Source of the DNA: Macrostomum lignano
Taxonomy: Eukaryota
Reading direction: 5' to 3'
Length of the DNA: 64,000 nt
NCBI GenBank assembly: GCA_002269645.1
Contig: NIVC01000027.1
Span: 372,001-436,000, forward strand
Part shown: piece by piece, positions 12,213 through 22,448 of the stretch
Position numbering within the stretch: the first letter of the stretch is position 1
Layout of the letters: each line of letters opens with the position of its first letter
Translations under genes and position numbers: made by a program
Notes under the pieces: model-generated
What the model was told of the DNA's origin: nothing
Databases searched by the model: none
Seen by the model: only the letters and a program-made list of their open reading frames with translations

Positions 12213-12650
12213 GAAGCTTCGTAAATCGAAGTTTTCTGTCGCTAAAAATATTCACTCCTAACCCTAACCCTAACTCCTACTAGCAGTAGGTTAAAAACAT
12301 ATTTTAGTTTTTTCTGCTTTTTCATTAAAGAGTTTACGAAGCTTCGTAAATTGAAATTTTCTGTCGCTAAAGATATTCACTCTGAACTACTACTCCTACT
12401 AGCAGTAGGTTAAAAACATATTTTAGTATTTTCTGCTTTTTCATTAAAGAGTTTACGAAGCTTCGTAAATTGAAATTTTCTGTCGCTAAAGATATTCACT
12501 CTGAACTACTACTTCTACTAGCAGTAGGTTAAAAACATATTTTAGTATTTTCTGCTTTTTCATTAGAGTTTACGAAGCTTCGTAAATTGAAATTTTTTGT
12601 CGCTAAAGATATTCACTCTGAACAACTACTTCTACTAGCAGTAGGTAAAA
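12213..12650. repeat. Subterminal tandem repeat, 117-125 bp x ~3.7
   Basis: GAAGCTTCGTAAAT starts at 12213, 12338, 12457 and 12574. Confidence 0.95.
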
Positions 12651-12798
12651 AATGTGTCGAGTCAGATTCCAATTAACAAAAAAACCGAATTATGTTGATT
12701 TAGTTAATAATTAAGCAGGCTTTTTATTTAACGATTAATCAATTTATATAAATCACCATTTGAAACACAACAGACAGCCATGTAGTAGTAACTTCTTC

Positions 12799-13149
12799 TC
12801 AGTCCATGTCATTTACTTCGTCACCTGGGTCATCTCGAACATCCACGGTCCAATTGGTTAGGCCAATCTCGGTTGTGACGCCGTCTTCGTTTACGCTTTC
12901 GCATGTCTCGAGCTCAACTTCCAAGGCCAGACGAAATTCTTCTCGATAGGCCTAGTTTTCGTAGCTCGTACTGAAGACGATTGCGCGAGCCTGCTCGAAC
13001 ATTCCTAGACTTTTTAAGTTGTCTAGCGACCGCAGACAGTCCGAAATCAGCGAAATGGAAGCAGTGTGGAATTCACATGACTTTTTAGTACCGTATACCG
13101 CCACGCCTGCATGCGTCGAAACTTTTTCAAGCGATTTAATCGAAGGCAT
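12799..13149 (-). pseudogene. Small Polinton ORF (~116 aa, acidic C-terminus) with one internal stop
   Basis: MPSIKSLEK...SYEN*AYREEFRLALEVELETCESVNEDG...DDPGDEVNDMD reads in frame across the TAG at 12952-12954. Confidence 0.5.
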
Positions 13150-13812
13150 AATGCGAGAGAAGATATAGAGAGTTAAAATCGTTTTCAAATGTACATATCT
13201 ACGCGAAATTTCTGTTACTAGCTGTTGTAATCGATCGATCAAGCCACCCCACCCTCTCTCCGCAAGCACCCAACACCAGCAAAACGAGCTAAGTCTCAAC
13301 CCCACTCTTTCCTTTCCTAAGAATGCATTGACAAAATTCCTAGCAGTACATTCGCGAAATCGACTAGAGGGCTACGTTCCCTCAGCAAATAACAGTCGAT
13401 CAACCACATACCCCCCCTTCTGCTTCTTAACTTTTCAAATGCAGCTGTCGCGTTTGGCCAGGGCTGAGAATAATAGTTAAACCCTTCCCGACTCAAGCGC
13501 CTCTCTCTACCCCCCCCCCCCATATCTTCATACCGTATAGACCAACAAGGCGGGCCACATTCCGAGGCCAAATCGGCGGGCCGAGGCCAATTCGGCGGGC
13601 CAACTGGCCTCGCAATTTGGCCAATAATCAATATCAATCAAGGAGAGAATCTCAACATACACAGACCATGCATGTGGCGGCGAAGCGGTTGACTTTTTTT
13701 TCATTTTCTGCTCTTAGCTCTCTGAAGAATGAGAATCTCTCTTGTGCGCAACTCTTTAGGGAATAAAAAACTGTACTTACTCAAATCCACACTTGCTCAT
13801 GCCCTTCCCGAT

Positions 13813-14292
13813 TCAAGCGCCCCTCTCTACCCCCAGCTCTTTCAGCAGTCTTCCCAATTCATTGTTAGGAGCGCACAAAATAAACCCCGCTCCTGAGCCT
13901 CCGCCCTCTCTCCTCGTGCACCCGCCCTCGCCTTCAACCCCCAACCCCAACTTTGTTTTACCAAAAATAACAGCTTTAACTAGCTTCCGAGCAATCGACT
14001 CACGAAATCCGCTTGAAGCCCCTATATTGTCTAGTCTCTTAAGCATTTCTTTGTCCCAACGATTCTTCTCCTCAGGAAAATCTCTATATTTAACATCGTG
14101 CCACATGCAGACAGAGTCTAGCTCGTTCACAGGCTCGTGCCCAGGATTTGGATTATTGTTTTTATCCAACTGAATTTCAAGTGGATTCAAAGGCCCGCAA
14201 TATTTATAGCCGGGAAGTGTCCAGCCTTTGTTTGGATGAGGAAGCTTTTCTATCAGTCCATGTGAATCTAACTTACCACCAGAGCGTTGCAT
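13813..14292 (-). CDS. Parvovirus VP1u-type phospholipase A2 (PLA2X-like)
   Basis: Ca-loop LPGYKYCGPLN and catalytic PVNELDSVCMWHDVKY match the parvoviral PLA2 pattern (YxGxG-like loop, HDxxY). Confidence 0.88.
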   Translation of the reverse strand: MQRSGGKLDSHGLIEKLPHPNKGWTLPGYKYCGPLNPLEIQLDKNNNPNPGHEPVNELDSVCMWHDVKYRDFPEEKNRWDKEMLKRLDNIGASSGFRESIARKLVKAVIFGKTKLGLGVEGEGGCTRREGGGSGAGFILCAPNNELGRLLKELGVERGA

Positions 14293-14322
14293 TATTTTAT
14301 TTTAAATTTTCTTTTTAAAAAA

Positions 14323-15360
14323 ATGACAGATCAGAAACTTAAAAAACTCAACTACAGCGACAAAGGATTCTTTGTAGGAAAAAATGCAGTCACCAAACTC
14401 GCAGAACTAAGTGAGGAACCAAAAGGTAAAGTAGAAAAGTGGCTCTCTAAGCAAGCAGTCTACCAAGTCTATTTCCCACCAGTAAAATTTACAAGACCTC
14501 ACTTTAGCATCTATAAACCTAATGAGGCGCACCAAGCAGATCTTCTGTTTCTCCCCAATGACTCGGGCTACAAGTATGCTCTCACAATTACAGACGTTGC
14601 CTCCAGATATAAGGAAGCGAGACCGCTTAAGACGAAGAAGTCAGAAGCAGTTGCAGCCGCCCTCCAAGATATTTATAAAAACTCACCCCTTAGTTACCCT
14701 GAAATCTTTATGACGGACCCTGGTAAAGAATTCGTGGGTGCAGTGAAATCACTTATGGAAAAGAAAAATACAGAGATTCGCTATGGCAGAAGAGACCTGC
14801 ACAGAGACCAAGCGTACGTTGAGAGATTCAATCTAACTCTAGCCAAGAGACTATTCACTAAGCAGACAGCTGAAGAGCTGAAACTAAAAAGTGGCCAATA
14901 CTATACCAAGTGGACAGAAAGACTCCCCACTGTTATAGAGCAACTGAACAATGAAGTCACACGTATGACTGGATTGAAACCATCCCATGCAATTAAACAA
15001 GACACTGTCAAACTTAAGGCAACTCATAGAACAGACAACAACACGACATCCCCACACAACACACACAACACAAAACACACCTCAAACTACCCTAAGCTTC
15101 CAGGAGTTGAATCACCATACATACTGACAAACTCTGAGTTTCTACGCTTTTTATATCTACCTGGAGAGCTAGAGAAGGACACTAAAAGAAGAGCTACAGA
15201 TCCATACTTCAGCCTTGATGTACATAAAATAGACAGACATTTTACATCCGACTCCGGTGACTATTACTTTTTATCTCAGGCTTTTAACCCTAAATCCCCC
15301 ACGCGGTCATTCACTAGAGCTGAACTCCTAGTGATACCAGCTGACACAGAAATTAATTAA
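14323..15360 (+). CDS. Retroviral-like (rve, DDE) integrase
   Basis: HQADLLFL, TDVASRY, MTDPGKEF and AYVERFNLTL give an intact D,D,E triad. True ATG at 14323. Confidence 0.95.
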   Translation: MTDQKLKKLNYSDKGFFVGKNAVTKLAELSEEPKGKVEKWLSKQAVYQVYFPPVKFTRPHFSIYKPNEAHQADLLFLPNDSGYKYALTITDVASRYKEARPLKTKKSEAVAAALQDIYKNSPLSYPEIFMTDPGKEFVGAVKSLMEKKNTEIRYGRRDLHRDQAYVERFNLTLAKRLFTKQTAEELKLKSGQYYTKWTERLPTVIEQLNNEVTRMTGLKPSHAIKQDTVKLKATHRTDNNTTSPHNTHNTKHTSNYPKLPGVESPYILTNSEFLRFLYLPGELEKDTKRRATDPYFSLDVHKIDRHFTSDSGDYYFLSQAFNPKSPTRSFTRAELLVIPADTEIN

Positions 15361-15376
15361 AATATTAAAATAAAAA

Positions 15377-15823
15377 ATGACAAAGATTGAAACCAGAACC
15401 ATCAATAAACTCAATAAAATCATTGAATCAAAGAAACCAGGTCTTATATCAATTAAAGGTATCAAAGTAAAAATCGATCCCACGCAGCAAATAGTTCAGT
15501 GTAATGAACAAAGACACAGCATCACAGATGAAAAGTCAGGAGGAATCCTACCATTAGCAGCTCTTATCCCAATCATTGCAGGCGCTGTAAGTGCCGCAGG
15601 TGGTGTAGCTGGAGGTGTAGCAACTGCTGTTAAAGCTGGTAATGATAGAGCCCACCAGCTTGAATTGCAAAAGATTGCAAGAGACAAAGGTATAACAATT
15701 AAGGCAGGAGAGGGCTGCCCCGATCGTGATGATTGTGAGCATGAAAATTCTGTAAGCAAGTCTGACATTGTCAAAGCCATCATGACACTCCACAATGCTG
15801 GGTTTACAATAATGCGCATGTGA
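15377..15823 (+). CDS. Adenovirus protein X (pX/Mu precursor)-like core protein
   Basis: GG-ILPLAALIPIIAGAVSAAGGVAGGVATAV resembles the adenoviral pX C-terminus (RGG-(F/I)LP.LIPIIAAAIGA.PG.AS). Confidence 0.75.
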   Translation: MTKIETRTINKLNKIIESKKPGLISIKGIKVKIDPTQQIVQCNEQRHSITDEKSGGILPLAALIPIIAGAVSAAGGVAGGVATAVKAGNDRAHQLELQKIARDKGITIKAGEGCPDRDDCEHENSVSKSDIVKAIMTLHNAGFTIMRM

Positions 15824-17722
15824 TGAGGTTTAAAATCCCACTTTATCCAGCTTCATGAACCTAACGCTACTTATAGGATGTAGAAACAGTTCAACTTTTC
15901 TACCAGGGTGGTCACCCTCAATTTTTTTTATATTTTAGAGAAAAAAATGCCAAAAGCCAATCCAGCAAAAGATTTAGTCAACAAATATTTTTCAAAAGGC
16001 GTCTCATTTCAAGACAAAAGTAATTTACTAAGAGAATCATGTAAACAAAAGTTTAACACCGACCCTGGTCACCTGGGAAGCTATGAAAAACAGTTGGAAA
16101 TCATCAATCAATTAGAATCCAACCAGTATGCGCCTATAAAAAATCCTGCAAAGGAACACCAAGAGAGGAGTCGCAACTTAGTTAACAAATACGAAACTCT
16201 CACTGGTGAAAAAGCAAAGTACCCACAAAATAAGCAGGAACAAGAGAAATTAGAGCAATTAATCCATTTAAAAGAGTCGGAGCTTGCCATTGAAGAGATT
16301 AATTTTGCACAGAGGAAGTTTACAGAACATTACGTAGAGTACACAATCCCAATTAAGGATACCACCGCAAACATCTTCGACTATAAAGACAGCATCCAAT
16401 CAGTTGTTGATCACACACTCAAAACACGCAAGACCTTTAAACTACAGATATCATTCAAGATTGCGTTTTATATGCCTGCAAAACCCACTGAGCATCTCGA
16501 GTATTACATGACAACAAAGGCGAAGCCATTCACCCCTACAGACACACTAGATCCTTTCCTTCAAGATGTCACTAAGAAAATTGAAGCGTTTACATCCAGA
16601 GGTTCCGGATGGGTCGTGGGAGGGATTCAAAGAGCGACTGCCATGGTCATGAAATATGACCCACTTAAAGCCTCCTCTTATATAGAGCTCCCGCATAAGC
16701 TTGCCGGCAAAAAAGCTTGCATAAATGTTAAAAATAAAGACAATTGCTGTGCTCTATGGGCAGTTCTTTCTGCACTTCTTCATGAAAGTGTCCCTCACCA
16801 CCCTGAAAGAACCTCAAATTATCAAAATTATTTCAAGGACTATCTCATCGAATGTGAAAAGAAGGGAATCAGGTTTGACAAAGGAGGCTTGGCGATTTCT
16901 CAGATCCCTAAGCTAGAAGAAGTGTTTAATAACAAAATTAGAATCACAGTCTTTGAGTGGAGTGAGAAAACTGAAAAAGTTCAACCGGTCAGATGTAGCA
17001 AAGACGTTTTAGATCCTGAGGGGAAAAGGCGGACTGTAGTGGATCTTCTAGTGATTGGTAATTTACTAGAGGAGGCTCACTATGTTTGGATTAAAGATCT
17101 CTCAAGACTCATTCACAAGCAGTTGAATAATCATCACGAGGCTGTTGCCATCTGTCGCTTGTGCCTTAAGCATTACAGTGGACTTGAACGCTTTGAAAAA
17201 CTAACAGAACATGAATTATCATGCGAGGATCACCCAACAAACTGCTCTCTTCCTTCAGCTGAAGAGAAGTATCTCCGGTTTAAGAACTATCACAAGATGG
17301 AGAAGCTCCCATTTGTTGTATATGCTGATTTCGAATGCTCAATCATGCCAGAAACTCAAAAACAAACTCCAACTCAAAAACAAACTCAAACTCAAAAACA
17401 TGTCCCCAATTCAGTAGCATATGTCTTTATTACTACAAAAGGACTTGTTGAGTATAATTATTTTTTGGAGAGCAGTGTGTGGAGCAGTTTATTGCCAGAA
17501 TGTTAGAGTTGCAAAAAGTTATTAGCACCCTTCAACCTGTTCCAATAATGATGACTGAGGAGGATGAAAGCAATTTCCTATCAGCAACTCATTGCCACAT
17601 CTGCAGGAAACAGTTAACTTGCACTGATATTAAAAACCCCACCGTTAGGGACCACTGCCACTTTACTGGGAAATTTAGAGGTGCAGCGCATAACACCTGT
17701 AATCTAAAGCTAAAATCGAACA

Positions 17723-18911
17723 ACAACAACAACAACAAAATACGCTGTCATGATGGTAAAAGTCAGCGTCACAGGGCGCGCTTCATGGCTTGGGCGCGAA
17801 CAAAGGCCGCGCCACCGGCAGTGTCCGGGGCGCCGGCGTCAGCCAGCAGACAGTCGACATAACGCCGAGTTCGCGCTTGACCTCGCCGGTAGGGTGCCTG
17901 CAGCGTGAGCAGCAGCACCTCCTGCACCGGCTGTGGGCAGTACGACTCGGCGCGGATGAGATGGCCTGCGAGCTGGAGTCGCCGACGGCGCAGTAGATCA
18001 CTTGGACGTGGCAGGCCAGCGCGGCGATAGAGTGCCGCGTTGGTGACTCGCTCGACGCCGATGTTGAAGGCGGCGCGCAGCAGACCAGCGTGCGCCGCAT
18101 CGACTTGCTGTTCGAGTGAGTCCGTCAGCGTCCAGGTCTCGGCGTTGTACAGCAGGACGGTCTCGATTACCGCCTGGAACAGCGCCGCCCTCTGGCGGTC
18201 CGGTAGGGCCTCGGACTGCAGGACTGCCCTCACAGAACGAAAAGCAGCCCAGGCAAGCCCGCGGCGGCGTCGCAGGTCCTCGCGAGCGTCTGGAACCAGA
18301 CCGCCGAGGTAGACGAACTGCTGACATCGCGGGAGTTCGGTCGCCTGCCCGTCAGCGCCTCGGCAAAATATTGCAGCCTCGATGTCGTCCGGCACGCAGA
18401 GCACAACGGTCTTCTGCGTGTTGACCACCAGGACGACACTCGCCGCAACGGCAACCAGCCTGTCCAGCTGCCGTTGGGCGCCCTCGACGGTCGAGGACAG
18501 CAGGGCGAGGTCGTCGGCGTAGCCAAGCACGCTGAGCCGCTTCTCCGGTTGACGTCGACCCACGCGTCGCTGCAGCAGAAAACCGTCGTCGTCGGTAGGA
18601 AGAGCAGTCCGCAGCACCCAGTCAAGCACCAGGACGAACAGAAACGGCGCCAGCGTATCTCCCTGAAGCACTCCGGAGGATGTCTCAAAGGAGTCCGATA
18701 GGCCGTCCGGTGTTGTCACAGCAGCTGTCGTATCACGGTACATCGCCATGACGGCGGAGATCAGCTGCTCAGGCACGTTGTACGCGCGGAGCACCATTGG
18801 AAGCACGGCTCTGACAACCGAGTCGAATGCCTTCTTGAAATCAATAAAGATTAAAATCAGTATCGACTGACGAATCCGCGCCTCCTCGATGACTCGGCGA
18901 AGAGCCAGGAT
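17723..18911 (-). mobile_element. 5'-truncated RTE-like non-LTR retrotransposon in polB
   Basis: RT motifs FIDFKKAFDSV, GVLQGDTLAP, YADDLAL. (GTT)n 3' tail. 13-bp TSD CTAAAATCGAACA at 17710-17722 and 18912-18924. Confidence 0.93.
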
Positions 18912-20886
18912 CTAAAATCGAACATTCATGATCTAACGATATTTTGTCACAACGCAAAGAACTATGACATGCATTTAATAGTTGAAAAAATCGGCATGAT
19001 TCCAGACATACACCTTGACTGCATCGCAGAGAACAAGGAGAAGTTTAAATGTGTTGATATTAAACAGGATAATTTGGGTACAGGTAAAATAAGACTGAAG
19101 GATTCATATCAATTTCTAGCTGCCAGTCTAGACGAACTAAGCAAGAATCTAAAAGATGAACAATGTACATATACAAAGATGTTTGCAAGTAAAATTTACA
19201 ACAGTGATGAATCATTTAAACTTTTAAGAAAGAAAGGCTTCTACCCCTATGAGAATATTACCGGTTATCATGTATTTGAAGAAGGTTTACCACCACAAGA
19301 AAAGTTCTTTTCAAAGCTAACAGACTCTGGAATCTCTGACAAAGACTATGAGCACGCGAAGCATGTCTATAATTACTTTAATTGTCAAAACTTCTTCCAG
19401 TATCACCTGCTTTACCTCTACACAGATGTGTTTCTGCTGGCCGATGTGTTTGAAACCTTCAGATATACCTGGTACACAGCATATGGCCTCGATCCAGCAC
19501 ATTATGTGTCTCTGCCTGCCACTAGCTGGGAATCTTTGCTTAAAATGAAATGGGATCAAGATCCAGATTGGTACATTGAACTTCTTACAGACATTGACAT
19601 GTACAATTTTGTCGAATCGTCAAAGCGAGGGGGGATCTCAATTTGCGTTAACAGGTATGCGAAAGCAAACAATCCCTACATTGAATCTTACAATAAGGAG
19701 CAGCCCTCAAACTACATTACTTACTTGGACGCTAATAATCTCTACGGTTGGGCGATGAGTCAAGATCTTCCAGTTAGAGATTTTCGATGGCTACCCTCAT
19801 CAGAACTAAAGTGGGACTTTTCATTGGCTGCCATTTATGAGGTTGATGTTTACATTCCACCAGAGCTTCACGACTATTTCTCTGACTTTCCACCCTTCCC
19901 AGAGAACATCAAGTGCCCGAAAATAATCGAAACTCCCAATGGAACTTGGCACCTGTCAGGAACAGAAAAAGAACATACAGAGAAACTAACACAGAATCTA
20001 AACAACAAGACACGTTACAAAATTCATTACAAACTGCTTCAATATTTTATCTCACTTGGTTGCAGGGTCACCAAAGTTCACCGGGCTCTTACATTTACAG
20101 AGGAAGCGTGGATGAAACCCTACATTGATAAGAACACCCAGTTTAGGACCAAAGCAACCAACGACTTTGACAAGAACCTCTTTAAGTTGGCCAACAACTC
20201 TGTCTATGGCAAGACTCTTGAGAATGAGCGGAAAAGAACAAACCTGAAACTTGTTACCTCATCAGAGCCTGCTGTTATTCAGGCAAATATGTCAAAGCCA
20301 ACATTCAAAGAACTCCATATCTTTAATAGCTACTTAGGTGTGATCATGCACGCGAAGGCGTATTCAGCATGCCAGTGAAGTATGAGACAGACTAGGCCCA
20401 TGGGCTAAGGTCTGCGATGCTTCACGCCTGCCCCTATCTTCAGCAGGTCAAGGCTGGTGGGAGGTCTGCACCCTCTATTTGCCTCTGGCAGCCGCAGACC
20501 CCCCCCCCCCACGCTGTCTTGCAAGTCGACCCAGGGTACTCGTCCCCGCGTGTGTTCAAGGCAGTCCCTAGGGCTGCTGGACAGACTGGGCTCCGGCGCT
20601 GGCGACCCTATCCAGTGGCTTCGGCCGAATTTGGGTATGCGGGTCTGGCTCGCCAACCTGCAGGCCGTGGTACTGCTCAACGTACTCTCTAATGCCTAAG
20701 GTGTTGACCGTGCCGATGGGCTGGAAGGCCGGGGAGTAGTCCGGTCGCAAGCGGTCCCCCTCCTGGTGTCGGGCCAGCCTTGAGGGTGCTATTGGCCTAC
20801 TGCCCGGTCAGGTGGAGCGGCCGGGTGGGTACCGCGCCCCTTTGAGGGTAGCCCACCAACCTTTTATCATGGCCTTCGAGCCGTCT

Positions 20887-22387
20887 ATGGATAATCAAGC
20901 TAACTCTAGGGACGGGGACCCTTCTAAACCCCAACCTTAGTCCGAAGGACCGGCCGGCCCTGCTGGCAGATCCCAACCGACTGATTCAACTGTGGCAAAG
21001 GAAGGACCGGCTGGCTCTGCTGGCAGATCCGACCAGAGCTACCAAACTCAAAATACCCAAAGACCTGCCAGCTCCGCTGGTGGATCTAAGGGAACCGCGA
21101 GCTCTGAGCCTAAAGGACCGGCCAAATCTGGCAGATCCGATGAAGCTCAGCGGGCTCGGCTTGAGCGCAAACGCGCTAAACAACGCGCCAAAAGGCAGGC
21201 CAAGAAGGGAGCTGCGGGGGCCAAAGCGGCGGCGTCCACCATGGATGCTGAAGCGACTGGAGTCCCAAGGCAACCAGGCGGGCCGGCCGGTGGAAGCTCC
21301 AGTAGTTCAGCGGCGGCGCTCCCTGGAGCTGCTGCCGCGGCTGCTGAGGCCGAAACCACGGCGCAACAAATGGCCACTGCCAACAAGGAGGTTCCTTCGG
21401 GAGCTACCTTTGCGGCGAAGGCCAAGGCCAAAATCCCGGGAGTGATCATCCAAGGTCGCGACCAGGACTGGACCACTGATCAGCTTCAAAAAGTGTGGAG
21501 TGCTGTTGACTCCTATCTGATTGAGCTGACTGTCGAGGAGGGAATCTCCATCGGCATTGAGCGGATGGTGCTGCGAAGCACATTCGTTCTTATTGCTCCT
21601 AGCAGCGAGGAGGACGCTCGGCGGCTGCTCCAGCGGCTACCGACGGTCTCCTTGGATGCTGACCTTGGCGGAGCTCTTTTTCTTCGCGAGGGCCAGCGTC
21701 CAGACGATACCCTATGTGGTTTTCGTCCCTGCTAAGAGCACCGCAGCTGGACCAGACGTTATTCGCCGGGTCCTACTGCGTCTGAACCCCGACCTCCCTG
21801 CTAGTGGACTGGTGTATCACCGTAAAGTCCGCAGGGGGGAGACGGGCAACTCAATTGTCCTCGGCCTTTCCAGCACTTGGGCGAGTCGGTACCCTAATGG
21901 ATCCTCTTTCCAGCTGGGTGCCCTCAAGCTCAAGATGCGCCGAGGAAAGTCTGCCAAAGGGAAGGCTACTGCCAACCCCGGCATCTCCGGCAAGAGCGGG
22001 GCGCAGTCTAAGGCCCAAGGAAAGGCGCAAGCCGATCCCAAAGCCAAAGCTGCATCTCGCCCCTCTGCTAGCAGCAGTTCGGCGACCGTGGTAACGGCTC
22101 CGGCCAAGCCCCGGGAACCAAACCTGCCAGTCGGAGAAGGAGTTGAGGACGAGGCCGGGTCTTCGGAATCCGAGCTCTCCTCGGCCACCTTGGTGGGGTC
22201 TGAAGGTAAAGATGCAGGTGAGGAAGCTTCCTCCATCCTGTCATCGGAGCCTGAGGACTCTGCTGGGGGGCCGGTGGGGGTGAGGAGGCCATGGACGTCG
22301 ACCAACTCCCATCTCCCAGTCAAGCCCCAGCGGCCTGGGACGAGGACGATCTGTTGTCCAAGTCTCCTTGATGGCCCTGGGCTCTAG
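20887..22387 (+). pseudogene. ORF1 (gag-like) of the LOA/R1-like element
   Basis: ATG at 20887, in-frame TAG at 20938-20940, and a frameshift near 21700 joining ORFs 20992-21735 and 21557-22387. Confidence 0.7.
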
Positions 22388-22448
22388 CCAGAAATTGCAT
22401 TTAATACAGTATGACTAAGCTCCACGCTGCCAAAGAGCGACATTCTGT

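Noticed and set aside
12895-12925. LxCxE Rb-binding motif in the small left-end ORF
   Set aside because: The sequence is LETCE, which has the wrong spacing.
20415-20440. HDV-like ribozyme loop (TTCACGC) near the LINE 5' end
   Set aside because: The flanking triplets TGC/CTG cannot form P3, and I could not build the pseudoknot by eye. A covariance search would be needed.
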